The translations under genes were made by a program, and so were the position numbers. The notes under the pieces are model-generated. The model saw only the letters and a program-made list of their open reading frames with translations, had not been told where the DNA came from and made no database searches. Below, piece after piece: positions 29,342 to 37,956 of a DNA stretch of 64,000 nucleotides (the stretch's first letter is position 1; each line of letters begins with the position of its first letter). The DNA is from Nitrososphaerales archaeon (GTDB lineage: Archaea; Thermoproteota; Nitrososphaeria; Nitrososphaerales; JACPRH01). The stretch covers positions 5,351-69,350 of the forward strand of contig JASLOE010000001.1 in the NCBI GenBank assembly GCA_030745655.1, given 5' to 3'.

Positions 29342-31113
29342 AGTGGATTAGTTTTTCGCTTAATTTCCACTATTTTATTCAACGTTTCAATTTCATTTAT
29401 TGTTAATCTTGAAGAGAATTTTTCTAGTAAAATTTTTGCATCATTACTCCTCGGGACTGTGAATAATTCATCTCCTTCATGAACATGCCTATCCATGATT
29501 ACTTCATTAATCGATACAGCTACTTCAGACCCTTGGGAAGCTTCATCGATGTTTTCTCCCTTTTCTTGAAGTTGACGAATCGTTCCAATCATTTTTGCTG
29601 AAGAATTCATAACCTCTGATTTTTGTCTTAATCTACCTGCCGAAACTTCTACACCGAATACAGCTGGACCACTTCGTCTGAAAATATACCCCTTCATCAC
29701 TTTGAAGGAACAAGGCGGAGTTAAAGATTTGAATTCACCTTTTTCTGCTAATTCTCTTTCTGAATTAACCCAACTTGAGTACTCCTCAATTATACTATAT
29801 ATTACAGGATTAGAAAAGACTTTGATATTTCTATTTTCAATTTCTTTTTCTGCATCTGGAAGAATTTTTGTATTAAAAGCCAGAACTACACCATGATAAA
29901 GGTCTTTATCAGCCACAGCTTTTGCTTCTACAACATCGCGCCTAGAAACAGGCCCAATATCAGCTATCCTAATAGGTACATTTCTTTGCTTCAACATTTC
30001 AACAAGAGCCTCAAGACTACCGAGAGTATCAGCTTTCAAAATTATTCCAGTATGATCAGTACAGATAAATGCCCTACGAATTTCGCGATAAACAACTTTA
30101 GCTAGATCCTCAATTTTATCACCAAGTTCGAGGCCAATAAAAGGTGATCCCGGTAAAACACCATCTAAATCGGGGGTGACGATTTTCACACCCGTAGCAG
30201 CCCCTACTTCTTCTACAGAGGAAAATTTATCCCGTGGATCTCTCATTTCGTCCAAAGGTTTAGGCATAAACATAGCTTTAAGATGGGTTACTATTGCTTC
30301 ATCACGCTTACCCACAACGATTTTATCACCAGTTTTCAAGATACCATCCAATAGAACCACATTTGCAGTTGTTCCAATACCGGATTCCTCTTTTATTTCT
30401 AGAATTATTCCACGGGGTTTCCCATTGGATATTTTTAGTCGTTTTGCTAAATATTGTTGAGTCAATCCCACAAGAACTGCAAGAAGCTCAGGAATACCTT
30501 CACCTGTTTTAGCACTGACTGGAACAATAGCTATTTCTTTTGTGAAGTCTTTTATTCTATAGAATGCTTCGGATTCAAAACCTTGTCCTGATAGATTTCC
30601 CATAATTGAATAAATCCGGTTATCTATTTCGTCAATAATAGGTTTAGATTGGTTTTTCAGAGATTTCCCAATAAACATATCAGCTCCTGGGCGCCAACCA
30701 GATATCATATCGATCTTATTCATTGCAAGAACGAATGGAACTTTCCTATTCTTCAGAATATCCATGCTTTCAAAGGTTTGAACTTCAAAACCTCTGGCTG
30801 AGTCTACTACTAAAATAGCAATATCAGCAGCTGAACCACCTCTACTTCTAAGGTTCGTAAAAACTTCATGACCTGGTGTGTCTATAACAAGAAGTCCTGG
30901 AACTGCAATTTCTCCACCAACTTGTTTAAGCAATGGACCACATACATCTTTGAGAGTATTCGTAGGAAAAAAACTCGCTCCAATATGCTGAGTTATTCCT
31001 CCAGCTTCGCGAAACTGAACTCCTGTTCCTCTTATTTTATCCAACAATGAGGTTTTCCCTGAATCAACATGTCCAAGGACTACAACAACAGGTTGTCTGA
31101 ATTCTTTATTCAA
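29329..31113 (-). CDS. infB: Translation initiation factor aIF5B/IF-2
   Basis: GHVDSGKT, EAGGITQHIGA, DTPGHE, NKID, ADTLGSLEA. Confidence 0.97.
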   Translation of the reverse strand: MNKEFRQPVVVVLGHVDSGKTSLLDKIRGTGVQFREAGGITQHIGASFFPTNTLKDVCGPLLKQVGGEIAVPGLLVIDTPGHEVFTNLRSRGGSAADIAILVVDSARGFEVQTFESMDILKNRKVPFVLAMNKIDMISGWRPGADMFIGKSLKNQSKPIIDEIDNRIYSIMGNLSGQGFESEAFYRIKDFTKEIAIVPVSAKTGEGIPELLAVLVGLTQQYLAKRLKISNGKPRGIILEIKEESGIGTTANVVLLDGILKTGDKIVVGKRDEAIVTHLKAMFMPKPLDEMRDPRDKFSSVEEVGAATGVKIVTPDLDGVLPGSPFIGLELGDKIEDLAKVVYREIRRAFICTDHTGIILKADTLGSLEALVEMLKQRNVPIRIADIGPVSRRDVVEAKAVADKDLYHGVVLAFNTKILPDAEKEIENRNIKVFSNPVIYSIIEEYSSWVNSERELAEKGEFKSLTPPCSFKVMKGYIFRRSGPAVFGVEVSAGRLRQKSEVMNSSAKMIGTIRQLQEKGENIDEASQGSEVAVSINEVIMDRHVHEGDELFTVPRSNDAKILLEKFSSRLTINEIETLNKIVEIKRKTNPLYAF

Positions 31114-31230
31114 TTAACTCACTTTCAAGAATATTATCTGAGATAGAAGAGGGGTATAAAGGATATAGATTAAATTTTTGGTATCTTAAGAAAAAAGATA
31201 AATTCCTCGTATAATAATAAAAACGCAAAT

Positions 31231-31626
31231 TTAGAAAATTATTTTAGATTCTCTTTCAAAACTTTCTTTTGAGTCAGAAGCATGGATGACGTTATCTGTT
31301 AAATTAAGACCAAAGTCTCCCCGAATAGTACCTGGTGCAGCTTCATCTGATTTTGTTGATCCAATCATTTGCCTTACAACTTTGATTGCAGTACTCCCTT
31401 CAAGTATTACTGCTACAACTTTATCTGATATTATGAATTTGACTAAACTTGAAAAGAATTTTTTTTCAGAGTGAGGTAAGTAGAATTTTTCAGCTTGCTC
31501 TTTTGTAAATTGGAATACTTTCATACTATGAATAGTGAACCCTCTTTTTTCAAATCTTGACAATATAGTTCCAACTAGTTTCTTTTGTACACCATCAGGC
31601 TTTATGACAATAAGAGTTTGCTCCAA
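31231..31626 (-). CDS. ndk: Nucleoside diphosphate kinase
   Basis: IKPDG, PGTIRGDF, NVIHASDS. Confidence 0.97.
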   Translation of the reverse strand: MEQTLIVIKPDGVQKKLVGTILSRFEKRGFTIHSMKVFQFTKEQAEKFYLPHSEKKFFSSLVKFIISDKVVAVILEGSTAIKVVRQMIGSTKSDEAAPGTIRGDFGLNLTDNVIHASDSKESFERESKIIF

Positions 31627-31628
31627 TC

Positions 31629-31823
31629 TTATTTCTTACTCTGGGGTTTTTGATATGCAGCTGTCCATTTATACTTTCTAGGATCTCTCTTTAGCTTTTG
31701 GGTATTTTTTCTACATTTGGATGAACAAAAATGTTGGATAACACCATCATTTCTGATGTAAGTAATACCATAAGATGCAATTATATCGTCTCCACAGAAG
31801 GCACATTTTTTTTCGCTTAACAT
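31629..31823 (-). CDS. rpl24e: 50S ribosomal protein L24e
   Basis: CAFCG...FCSSKC...PRKYKWT. Confidence 0.95.
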   Translation of the reverse strand: MLSEKKCAFCGDDIIASYGITYIRNDGVIQHFCSSKCRKNTQKLKRDPRKYKWTAAYQKPQSKK

Positions 31824-31832
31824 TCTTTAGGC

Positions 31833-32039
31833 CTACTTTATCTTCTTGGCCTCTCGTTCTGTCTCTCTCAACATAAGGATATCTTCAAGACGAATTGGAC
31901 CTTTTACATTCCTTGTTAGGATTCTACCTTTTTCTGACCCTTCAAGTAGTTTGACACGAACTTGAGTTATTTCACCAGCTACTCCAGTTCTTCCAACAAT
32001 CTGAATTACTTCAGCGGGAGTTATTCTCTCCTCCGACAT
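31833..32039 (-). CDS. rps28e: 30S ribosomal protein S28e
   Basis: GRTGVAGE...RNVKGP...ETEREA. Confidence 0.97.
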   Translation of the reverse strand: MSEERITPAEVIQIVGRTGVAGEITQVRVKLLEGSEKGRILTRNVKGPIRLEDILMLRETEREAKKIK

Positions 32040-32059
32040 TCTCAGATCTCTTCCTGCAA

Positions 32060-32434
32060 TTAACCTTGTCTGATCTTCTTGATAGCAGTCACTATCTGTT
32101 CTATAAGACCTTCAGATTCGCCAGTTTCGATAATGCAAGCCGCAGCTGCACCTAAATCTATTCCTAATACTGGTCCCATCTGGGATCTAGTTGGAACATA
32201 TATGAAAGGTATACTTCTCTCGTCACAGAGAATAGGTAAATGCGCCACTACTTCTGGGGGCTCAATGTCCTCTGCAATAATAACTAGTTTAGCTAGATTG
32301 CGCTCTATTGCCTTTGTAGTTTCATTTGTTCCTTTCCTAATCTTACCAGTCTGCCTAGCTTGCCTTAAAGCTTCATATCCTGCTTCAGCTATCTCTTTTG
32401 GTGTTTCAAACTTTACAAAGTAAGGTTTAGACAT
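32060..32434 (-). CDS. rpl7ae: 50S ribosomal protein L7Ae
   Basis: [31 protein letters not shown] Shine-Dalgarno at 32445-32449. Confidence 0.97.
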   Translation of the reverse strand: MSKPYFVKFETPKEIAEAGYEALRQARQTGKIRKGTNETTKAIERNLAKLVIIAEDIEPPEVVAHLPILCDERSIPFIYVPTRSQMGPVLGIDLGAAAACIIETGESEGLIEQIVTAIKKIRQG

Positions 32435-32479
32435 TAACTTATTGCCTCCATAATATTGGCAAAATTTTCTCTTTTTATT

Positions 32480-32500
32480 GGGTTCATCTGCTCATCACCC
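32480..32500 (-). promoter_or_regulatory. Kink-turn/k-loop in the rpl7ae 5' leader (putative L7Ae autoregulation site)
   Basis: RNA GGGU-GAU-GAG-CAGA-UGA-ACCC: 4-bp C stem, 3-nt bulge, tandem G.A/A.G pairs, G.U pair. TATA-like TTTAATTA at 32526-32533. Confidence 0.75.
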
Positions 32501-32535
32501 TTGCGACTTGGCGATACTTATCAGGTAATTAAAGC

Positions 32536-32796
32536 TTATCTACCCAAAAACGGTTGGGTAATATTATTTTTCAGTATATTCCAATCAATGATTTTGGCTT
32601 TTTCAGTGGTCTTGATATAGGTTAAGACCTGTGTTAATGCCTCTCTGAGTAATTCGCCTACTTCACTTTCTAACTCTCTTCGTTTGTTCTCAATATCTAT
32701 CGGTGCCATGAATCTCATTCTGCACATCTTGGATGCAGTACACTTCTTGGAGGTCATCCTAGCCCATCTGCAATACAAATATTCTGATCTGAACAT
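32536..32796 (-). CDS. Hypothetical protein or gene remnant
   Basis: 86-aa ORF filling the gap after the prenyltransferase; no recognisable motif. Confidence 0.3.
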   Translation of the reverse strand: MFRSEYLYCRWARMTSKKCTASKMCRMRFMAPIDIENKRRELESEVGELLREALTQVLTYIKTTEKAKIIDWNILKNNITQPFLGR

Positions 32797-32832
32797 CTTT
32801 CTCCATCATAACCAACTTATAGTTTGCTGCGG

Positions 32833-33885
32833 CTATTTGTACCAATCTAAGCTATCTGTAACGTACGTCAAGAGCGAGTCGAAGAACTTCTTCGCTTCAC
32901 CCGTCATCTTCACCTGCATCATTAGTTCTTGGGCCTTTTCCGCATGAAACCTTGACCTCTCCTTCGCAGCGTCAAGTGCTCCACAGGTCGTTATGCCTCG
33001 CCGGATAACTTCTAGCTCTTCGCCAGATATTCGCCGTTTAGATCCTATGCTTCTGAGCAGTTTCAACGTTTTATCATCAGCCATCTTCAAAGTGTAAACG
33101 ATGTGCAAAGGCTTTTTCCCCCTCAGAATGTCCCCCGCAGGCTCTCTGCCATACTGCTCCTTGGATGTGAAGGTATCAATAATATCGTCCTGAATGTCGA
33201 AGGAATAACCTATATTCTCAGCAGCTTCAGATAGGATAGGTATATCCTCTTCAGGCGCATCTCCCAACATAGCACCTATGAGAATCGTAGTCTTGAATAG
33301 GGATGCCGCCCTCTTTGAAGCCATGGTGTACCACTCTTCAACATCTGGCTCTTTGTACTCGAACAGTAGGTCGAGTATCTGAGACTCATTTACCCGCAAG
33401 AAATCTTCATTCAATAGATCCACCGCCTTCGCTACTTTACTTCTTTCGAAGCCTGATGAGAAGAATTTCTGAACAGCCAAGGTATAAGATATATCCCCCG
33501 TGAAGACCGCGACTCCTTTTCCCAACCTCTCATCATGACTCTCAAATAGTCCCTGAAACACCCTTCCTCCACGCCTAAAATCCTCTCCGTCTACCAGGTC
33601 GTCATGCAAAAGAATACTATGCCTATACAACTCGATACCAGTACAAGCTGAAAGTATGGCATCATCTATACCGCCTCTGTAGCCAGAGTAGGTGATAAGC
33701 GTGTACGTTGATGCAAGCCTCTTACCTTTCCTTAGAATATACTCAGCTAAGCTACTGTAGACTCTATGTATAAACGGGTGATACTGTTCAGATTCTGTTT
33801 CAAGTCTAGAGAAGTGCTCCTTAAGATGCTCCTCAATCATTAGGCCAAATCTATCGGCAGTCTTAACCCATTTCAAAGCTACCAC
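32833..33885 (-). CDS. Trans-isoprenyl diphosphate synthase (polyprenyl synthetase)
   Basis: KGKRL, FARM HDDLVD...RRG, SARM QDDIID, GDILRGK. Confidence 0.92.
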   Translation of the reverse strand: MVALKWVKTADRFGLMIEEHLKEHFSRLETESEQYHPFIHRVYSSLAEYILRKGKRLASTYTLITYSGYRGGIDDAILSACTGIELYRHSILLHDDLVDGEDFRRGGRVFQGLFESHDERLGKGVAVFTGDISYTLAVQKFFSSGFERSKVAKAVDLLNEDFLRVNESQILDLLFEYKEPDVEEWYTMASKRAASLFKTTILIGAMLGDAPEEDIPILSEAAENIGYSFDIQDDIIDTFTSKEQYGREPAGDILRGKKPLHIVYTLKMADDKTLKLLRSIGSKRRISGEELEVIRRGITTCGALDAAKERSRFHAEKAQELMMQVKMTGEAKKFFDSLLTYVTDSLDWYK

Positions 33886-33977
33886 AATACAGTATCTGTG
33901 AATTACGTATAAACATGGTGATACCTACTTTTGAATAATAGTAGAGATAGCATTATACTTCTGAACCTAAATAGTCT

Positions 33978-34153
33978 TCAGTCACGCTTCTTAGTGAATA
34001 CTTTACGTCTTCGCATAGTCTTCAGGACTGTTTTCTTTTTTGCTGCTACAGCTGTAGCTATTATTGTAATGCCCGTGACCATTACTGCCACGTATGTTAC
34101 GGTGGCCGATTGACAGACTTCTTCAGTAACTTCTTTGGTCGTCGTTATTGTCT
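33978..34153 (-). pseudogene. C-terminal remnant of a membrane-anchored surface protein
   Basis: Frame reads KTITTTKEVTEEV (Thr-rich), then hydrophobic ATVTYVAVMVTGITIIATAVAA, then basic KKK...RRRK. It begins directly at the tRNA 3' end, without the N-terminal part of such a protein. Confidence 0.45.
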
Positions 34154-34156
34154 TAG

Positions 34157-34294
34157 CGGGCCCGCTGGGATTTGAACCCAGGATTTCCGGCTTCGGAGGC
34201 TTACACATCTCTTCAGCGCCCTAATCCTTTCTATAGTTACCTTGGATTCCATCAGCTAACTATTCTAGGTGAATACTGACTAGGCCACGAGCCC
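34157..34294 (-). tRNA. tRNA-Arg(CCG) with non-canonical introns (D-loop 34228-34276; anticodon stem 29/30 at 34201-34213); CCA not encoded
   Basis: Spliced 76-mer GGGCTCG TG GCCT AGTCAGGATTA GGGC G CTGGC CTCCGAA GCCGG AAATC CTGGG TTCAAAT CCCAG CGGGCCC G folds as a full cloverleaf with the Arg identity base A20. TATA-like TTTATTAA about 30 nt upstream. Confidence 0.9.
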
Positions 34295-34453
34295 AGAATG
34301 CAAATATAATTTTGTATTAATAAAAGTAGTCTCAATTTGAATGTGTACACTAATATTGCATCATTATAGGAAAAGAATGCAAGTCAAAAATAAAATCAGT
34401 AATAATTATGTTCTTAAGGAAACGAAATGTAGGTGCTTATGCAGGATTGAGAT

Positions 34454-35179
34454 ATGAAAAGTAGAATGATGAAGTGTTTTGCACTAGATGTTGATGGGAC
34501 AATAGCTGATAATGAAGGACACCTAGACCTTGAAGCAGCATCTATGTTGAGGAGTCTTGCAAAATTAGGATATCAAATAATATTTGTAAGTGGTCGTTCT
34601 GCATGGGAACTCATTATTCTGGCAAAATATTTAGGTACTTCTTTGGTATCGGTTGGAGAAAATGGTGGAGTTTTATCCACATCTCCTCTAGATATTCAGG
34701 TACTTGGAGATAAATCAAAAACTGAAACGGCTTATGATTATCTTTCTAATAAAATAAAAGGGGTTGAAATAAAACCAACAATGCCTCGCTTCACGGAAGT
34801 TGTATTAAAAAGAAATTTCGATATAGAAAATGGGAGAAAACTGTTGTCTGAGAACAATATGCCAGTGAATCTCATCGATAGTACATTTGCATATCATATC
34901 ACCGATAAAACGGTCAATAAAGGGACAGGGTTAAAGTTGGCACTTGAAAAACTCAAGATTGACCCTGCAGAAACCATAGCAATTGGAGATAGTGATACAG
35001 ATATACCAATGTTCAAATTATGCAGATATAGTATAGCAACAGGAAAACCTACAAATGGTGCAAAAGAGACTGCCAATTATACTGTAAATAGTAATCCGGG
35101 TGAAGGGCTTGTCGATGCTTTCCAATTATCTTTCCAAAAGATCCTGAATACAAACCTTGAGGAGGAATTAAAAAAATGA
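34454..35179 (+). CDS. HAD IIB phosphatase (archaeal phosphoglycolate phosphatase-like)
   Basis: DVDGT, VSGR, ENGG, NKG, GDSDTD. Confidence 0.9.
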   Translation: MKSRMMKCFALDVDGTIADNEGHLDLEAASMLRSLAKLGYQIIFVSGRSAWELIILAKYLGTSLVSVGENGGVLSTSPLDIQVLGDKSKTETAYDYLSNKIKGVEIKPTMPRFTEVVLKRNFDIENGRKLLSENNMPVNLIDSTFAYHITDKTVNKGTGLKLALEKLKIDPAETIAIGDSDTDIPMFKLCRYSIATGKPTNGAKETANYTVNSNPGEGLVDAFQLSFQKILNTNLEEELKK

Positions 35180-37086
35180 GTTTTAGAGACTTTAAAGATC
35201 AAGTCAAGAAATGTATGATGGACTCGCTAGCAATAAATGATCTACCCGAACTAAGTTTTGAACCAATAGAACCACCAAGACCTGAGTATGGAGATCTATC
35301 AGTAAGTGTCTGCATTACAATAGCTAACAAAACAGGAAAAAAACCTACTGAGGTAGCGGAAAAAGTAGCTTCAAAAATCAAAATACCGGATAATTCTATT
35401 ATTGATAAAATCTCTGTTCACCCACAGGGATACATTAATTTCACAAACAAATATGCAAAATACGTTTATCAAACTCTTAGGAGTGTACTTGATAACTCTG
35501 ATTACGGGAGAGTGCAAATAGGAAATAACGACAAAATTGGGATAGAACATACAAGCGTTAACCCGAATAAAGCTCTTCATTATGGCCACTTGCGAAATGT
35601 TGTTCTTGGAGATTCAATCAAACGAATCCTAGAATTCACAGGGCATAATGTCCAGATCTTAAATTATGTTGACGACTCAGGTTTGCAGGTAGCTGACCTC
35701 GTAGTTGGATTTAGGCAAGCAGGTTTTCCCCTTGAACCAACAGGAAATATGAAGTTTGACCAATATTGTGGAGATATAGTTTATGTAAAAATAAACGAGT
35801 TGTATAACTCTAGAAAAGATCTAATAGAAGCCCAAAAAAAAGTTCTCCAAGAGCTTGAACAACAAGAAAGTGAAATAGCCAAATTCTCACATAAGATTAC
35901 TGGGCGAATCTTAAGAGAGCAACTCAAAACCTGTTGGCGAATCGGAGCACGATATGATCTTCTTAATTTTGAATCCCATATTCTTCAAACAAATATGTGG
36001 AACGACATTTTTTCTCAACTCAAATCAAAAACTTTAGTTGAAAAAGTATCCAACGGTAAAAATAATGGATGTTGGATTGTCAGAATTAAAGGAGAAAAGG
36101 AGGGAGAAGAAAAAGTTCTTCTGAGAAGTGACGGTACAGCAACATACATGGCGAAAGATATTCCATATGCTGCCTGGAAATTAGGTATTATCAAAGATAA
36201 ATTTGGGTACAAATTATTCCCAGAACAACCAGAAGGAGCAAATCTTTGGGCTACTACCACTGAAAAAACTGATATGAACCATCCTGAATTTGCACCTTAT
36301 TCCAAATCAATCACCGTAATAGATGTAAGGCAAGGCAGATTACAGAGAATTATCGCAATAATACTTTCAAACCTTTCAGAAAAAGAAGATCTAAAACGAT
36401 ATATTCACTTAGGGTATGAAGTTGTATTTCTAAGTGGAAAAACTGCTGAAGAAATAGGTGTCACTTCTGAAAGAAAACAAATCGTAAGTATGTCCGGTCG
36501 AAAAGGCATCTATGTAAATGCAGATGAAGTTCTTGACAAACTACATAAAAGAGCATTTGAAGAAACAAAAAAGAGGAATCTCGATGAAACTGATGAATGG
36601 TTACATGAAACTGCTGAAAAAATCATGATTGCAGCAGTAAGATTTGATCTTCTGAAACAGGATTTAGAAAAGACCATTGTCTTTGACCTTAACCGTGCAC
36701 TTGCACTTGAGGGCGAAACTGGACCATATCTTCAATATACTTATGCCCGTGCAGCACGAATAATTGAGAAGTCAGGTATTACATCATCGATCAAGAGTGA
36801 ATATGCAAAGAAACTTACAGATTCATCTGAAATAGCTCTAATTAAAGAAATATCTAAATTCGATCTTATTGTAGAGGATGCTGCAAATAATCTTGCACCA
36901 AAAATTGTCGCACGATATTTGTTTCATCTTGTTTCACTTTTTAATGCTTTTTATGAAAAAATACCTGTGCTTAAAGAGAAGGATGAAGATACCAAATTAG
37001 GAAGAATTGCAATGATTAAAGCTTTTCAAGTTGTTGTTCGAAATGGACTTCAAATTCTTGGAATAAATGCAACTGAAAAGATCTGA
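35176..37086 (+). CDS. argS: Arginine--tRNA ligase
   Basis: EHTSVNPNKALHYGHLRN (HIGH-like), MSGRKG, GPYLQYTYAR. Confidence 0.97.
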   Translation: MSFRDFKDQVKKCMMDSLAINDLPELSFEPIEPPRPEYGDLSVSVCITIANKTGKKPTEVAEKVASKIKIPDNSIIDKISVHPQGYINFTNKYAKYVYQTLRSVLDNSDYGRVQIGNNDKIGIEHTSVNPNKALHYGHLRNVVLGDSIKRILEFTGHNVQILNYVDDSGLQVADLVVGFRQAGFPLEPTGNMKFDQYCGDIVYVKINELYNSRKDLIEAQKKVLQELEQQESEIAKFSHKITGRILREQLKTCWRIGARYDLLNFESHILQTNMWNDIFSQLKSKTLVEKVSNGKNNGCWIVRIKGEKEGEEKVLLRSDGTATYMAKDIPYAAWKLGIIKDKFGYKLFPEQPEGANLWATTTEKTDMNHPEFAPYSKSITVIDVRQGRLQRIIAIILSNLSEKEDLKRYIHLGYEVVFLSGKTAEEIGVTSERKQIVSMSGRKGIYVNADEVLDKLHKRAFEETKKRNLDETDEWLHETAEKIMIAAVRFDLLKQDLEKTIVFDLNRALALEGETGPYLQYTYARAARIIEKSGITSSIKSEYAKKLTDSSEIALIKEISKFDLIVEDAANNLAPKIVARYLFHLVSLFNAFYEKIPVLKEKDEDTKLGRIAMIKAFQVVVRNGLQILGINATEKI

Positions 37087-37105
37087 GAGTAAGATACAAA
37101 ACCAG

Positions 37106-37124
37106 TATTTTTTTCAAAAAAATA
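37106..37124. terminator. Bidirectional oligo(T) terminator between convergent argS and cofC
   Basis: Perfect palindrome TATTTTTTT-C-AAAAAAATA gives a T7 run on each strand. Confidence 0.55.
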
Positions 37125-37128
37125 ATAA

Positions 37129-37776
37129 TTATTGATTGAATGGTTTGTTCTCAGATAGAAATTTGTATGTTTGAGTTTCACTTTCTTTATCCATAAATTC
37201 TTCTAAATCTTCTTGAAGATCGAGATCCAGCATCACTGAATATAATTTGAGTATTGATACAGGAATTTTCTGTTCTGACGCATATTTTTTGTGTGTTGCA
37301 TAACTTGAAAAATCATATGAAGTCTTGATTACATCTGGGGGTGAACGAAGTAAAGCATTCGTACCATCCATACGCTTAGAAGGAACGATTACAACAGATT
37401 GCGTATTTCTAGAAGAATTAACTATCTTTTTAATATCTCCAGGTTTTATAAGTGGAATATCTGCAGGAATAATTATGGTCGAAGAAGCTCCATTATTCAA
37501 ACAATATTCATTCGCAATTTTTACAGCAAAATTAACACCCCGTTGTTCTTTTTCCAATATTGTAGAAAATCCGAATGATTTTGTTAGATTTACGACTTCT
37601 TGTTCAGGAGTAACTACAATAGTCGATTCTATTTCGTCTGATGATGCAATTGATTTTAGAACATCATGAAGCATAAAGATGGATAGATTTATTCGCTCTT
37701 CTTTATTTAGAAAATTGGAGAGTCTTAACTTGGCAAAATCTAATTTCTTCACTGGTATTATGGCGTGTAGATTCAA
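37129..37776 (-). CDS. cofC: 2-phospho-L-lactate/PEP guanylyltransferase
   Basis: IIPVK...AKLRL, ADIPL, GTNAL, DLD. Confidence 0.92.
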   Translation of the reverse strand: MNLHAIIPVKKLDFAKLRLSNFLNKEERINLSIFMLHDVLKSIASSDEIESTIVVTPEQEVVNLTKSFGFSTILEKEQRGVNFAVKIANEYCLNNGASSTIIIPADIPLIKPGDIKKIVNSSRNTQSVVIVPSKRMDGTNALLRSPPDVIKTSYDFSSYATHKKYASEQKIPVSILKLYSVMLDLDLQEDLEEFMDKESETQTYKFLSENKPFNQ

Positions 37777-37956
37777 ATAAGTACATTCTTCTGATTTAGG
37801 CTACTTATATTGTCTTCTTGATTGCATTTAGATAACATATTTTTTTCACAATAAAATAAAAAGTAATATGTTCTATTTTTGATAAAGTTTCACCATAGAT
37901 CTCAAATAAATAATAGGTTTAATAATTAAAAAATAATAATCTATGATGTGCAATAA

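Noticed and set aside
32500..34200. attL/attR direct repeat and integrase for the tRNA islet
   Set aside because: I found no second copy of the tRNA 3' end and no recombinase ORF by eye, so no mobile element is called.
33978..34208. 76-aa ORF as an intact gene
   Set aside because: Its ATG lies in the tRNA intron and its first 18 codons are tRNA sequence. Only the downstream part is kept, as a possible remnant.
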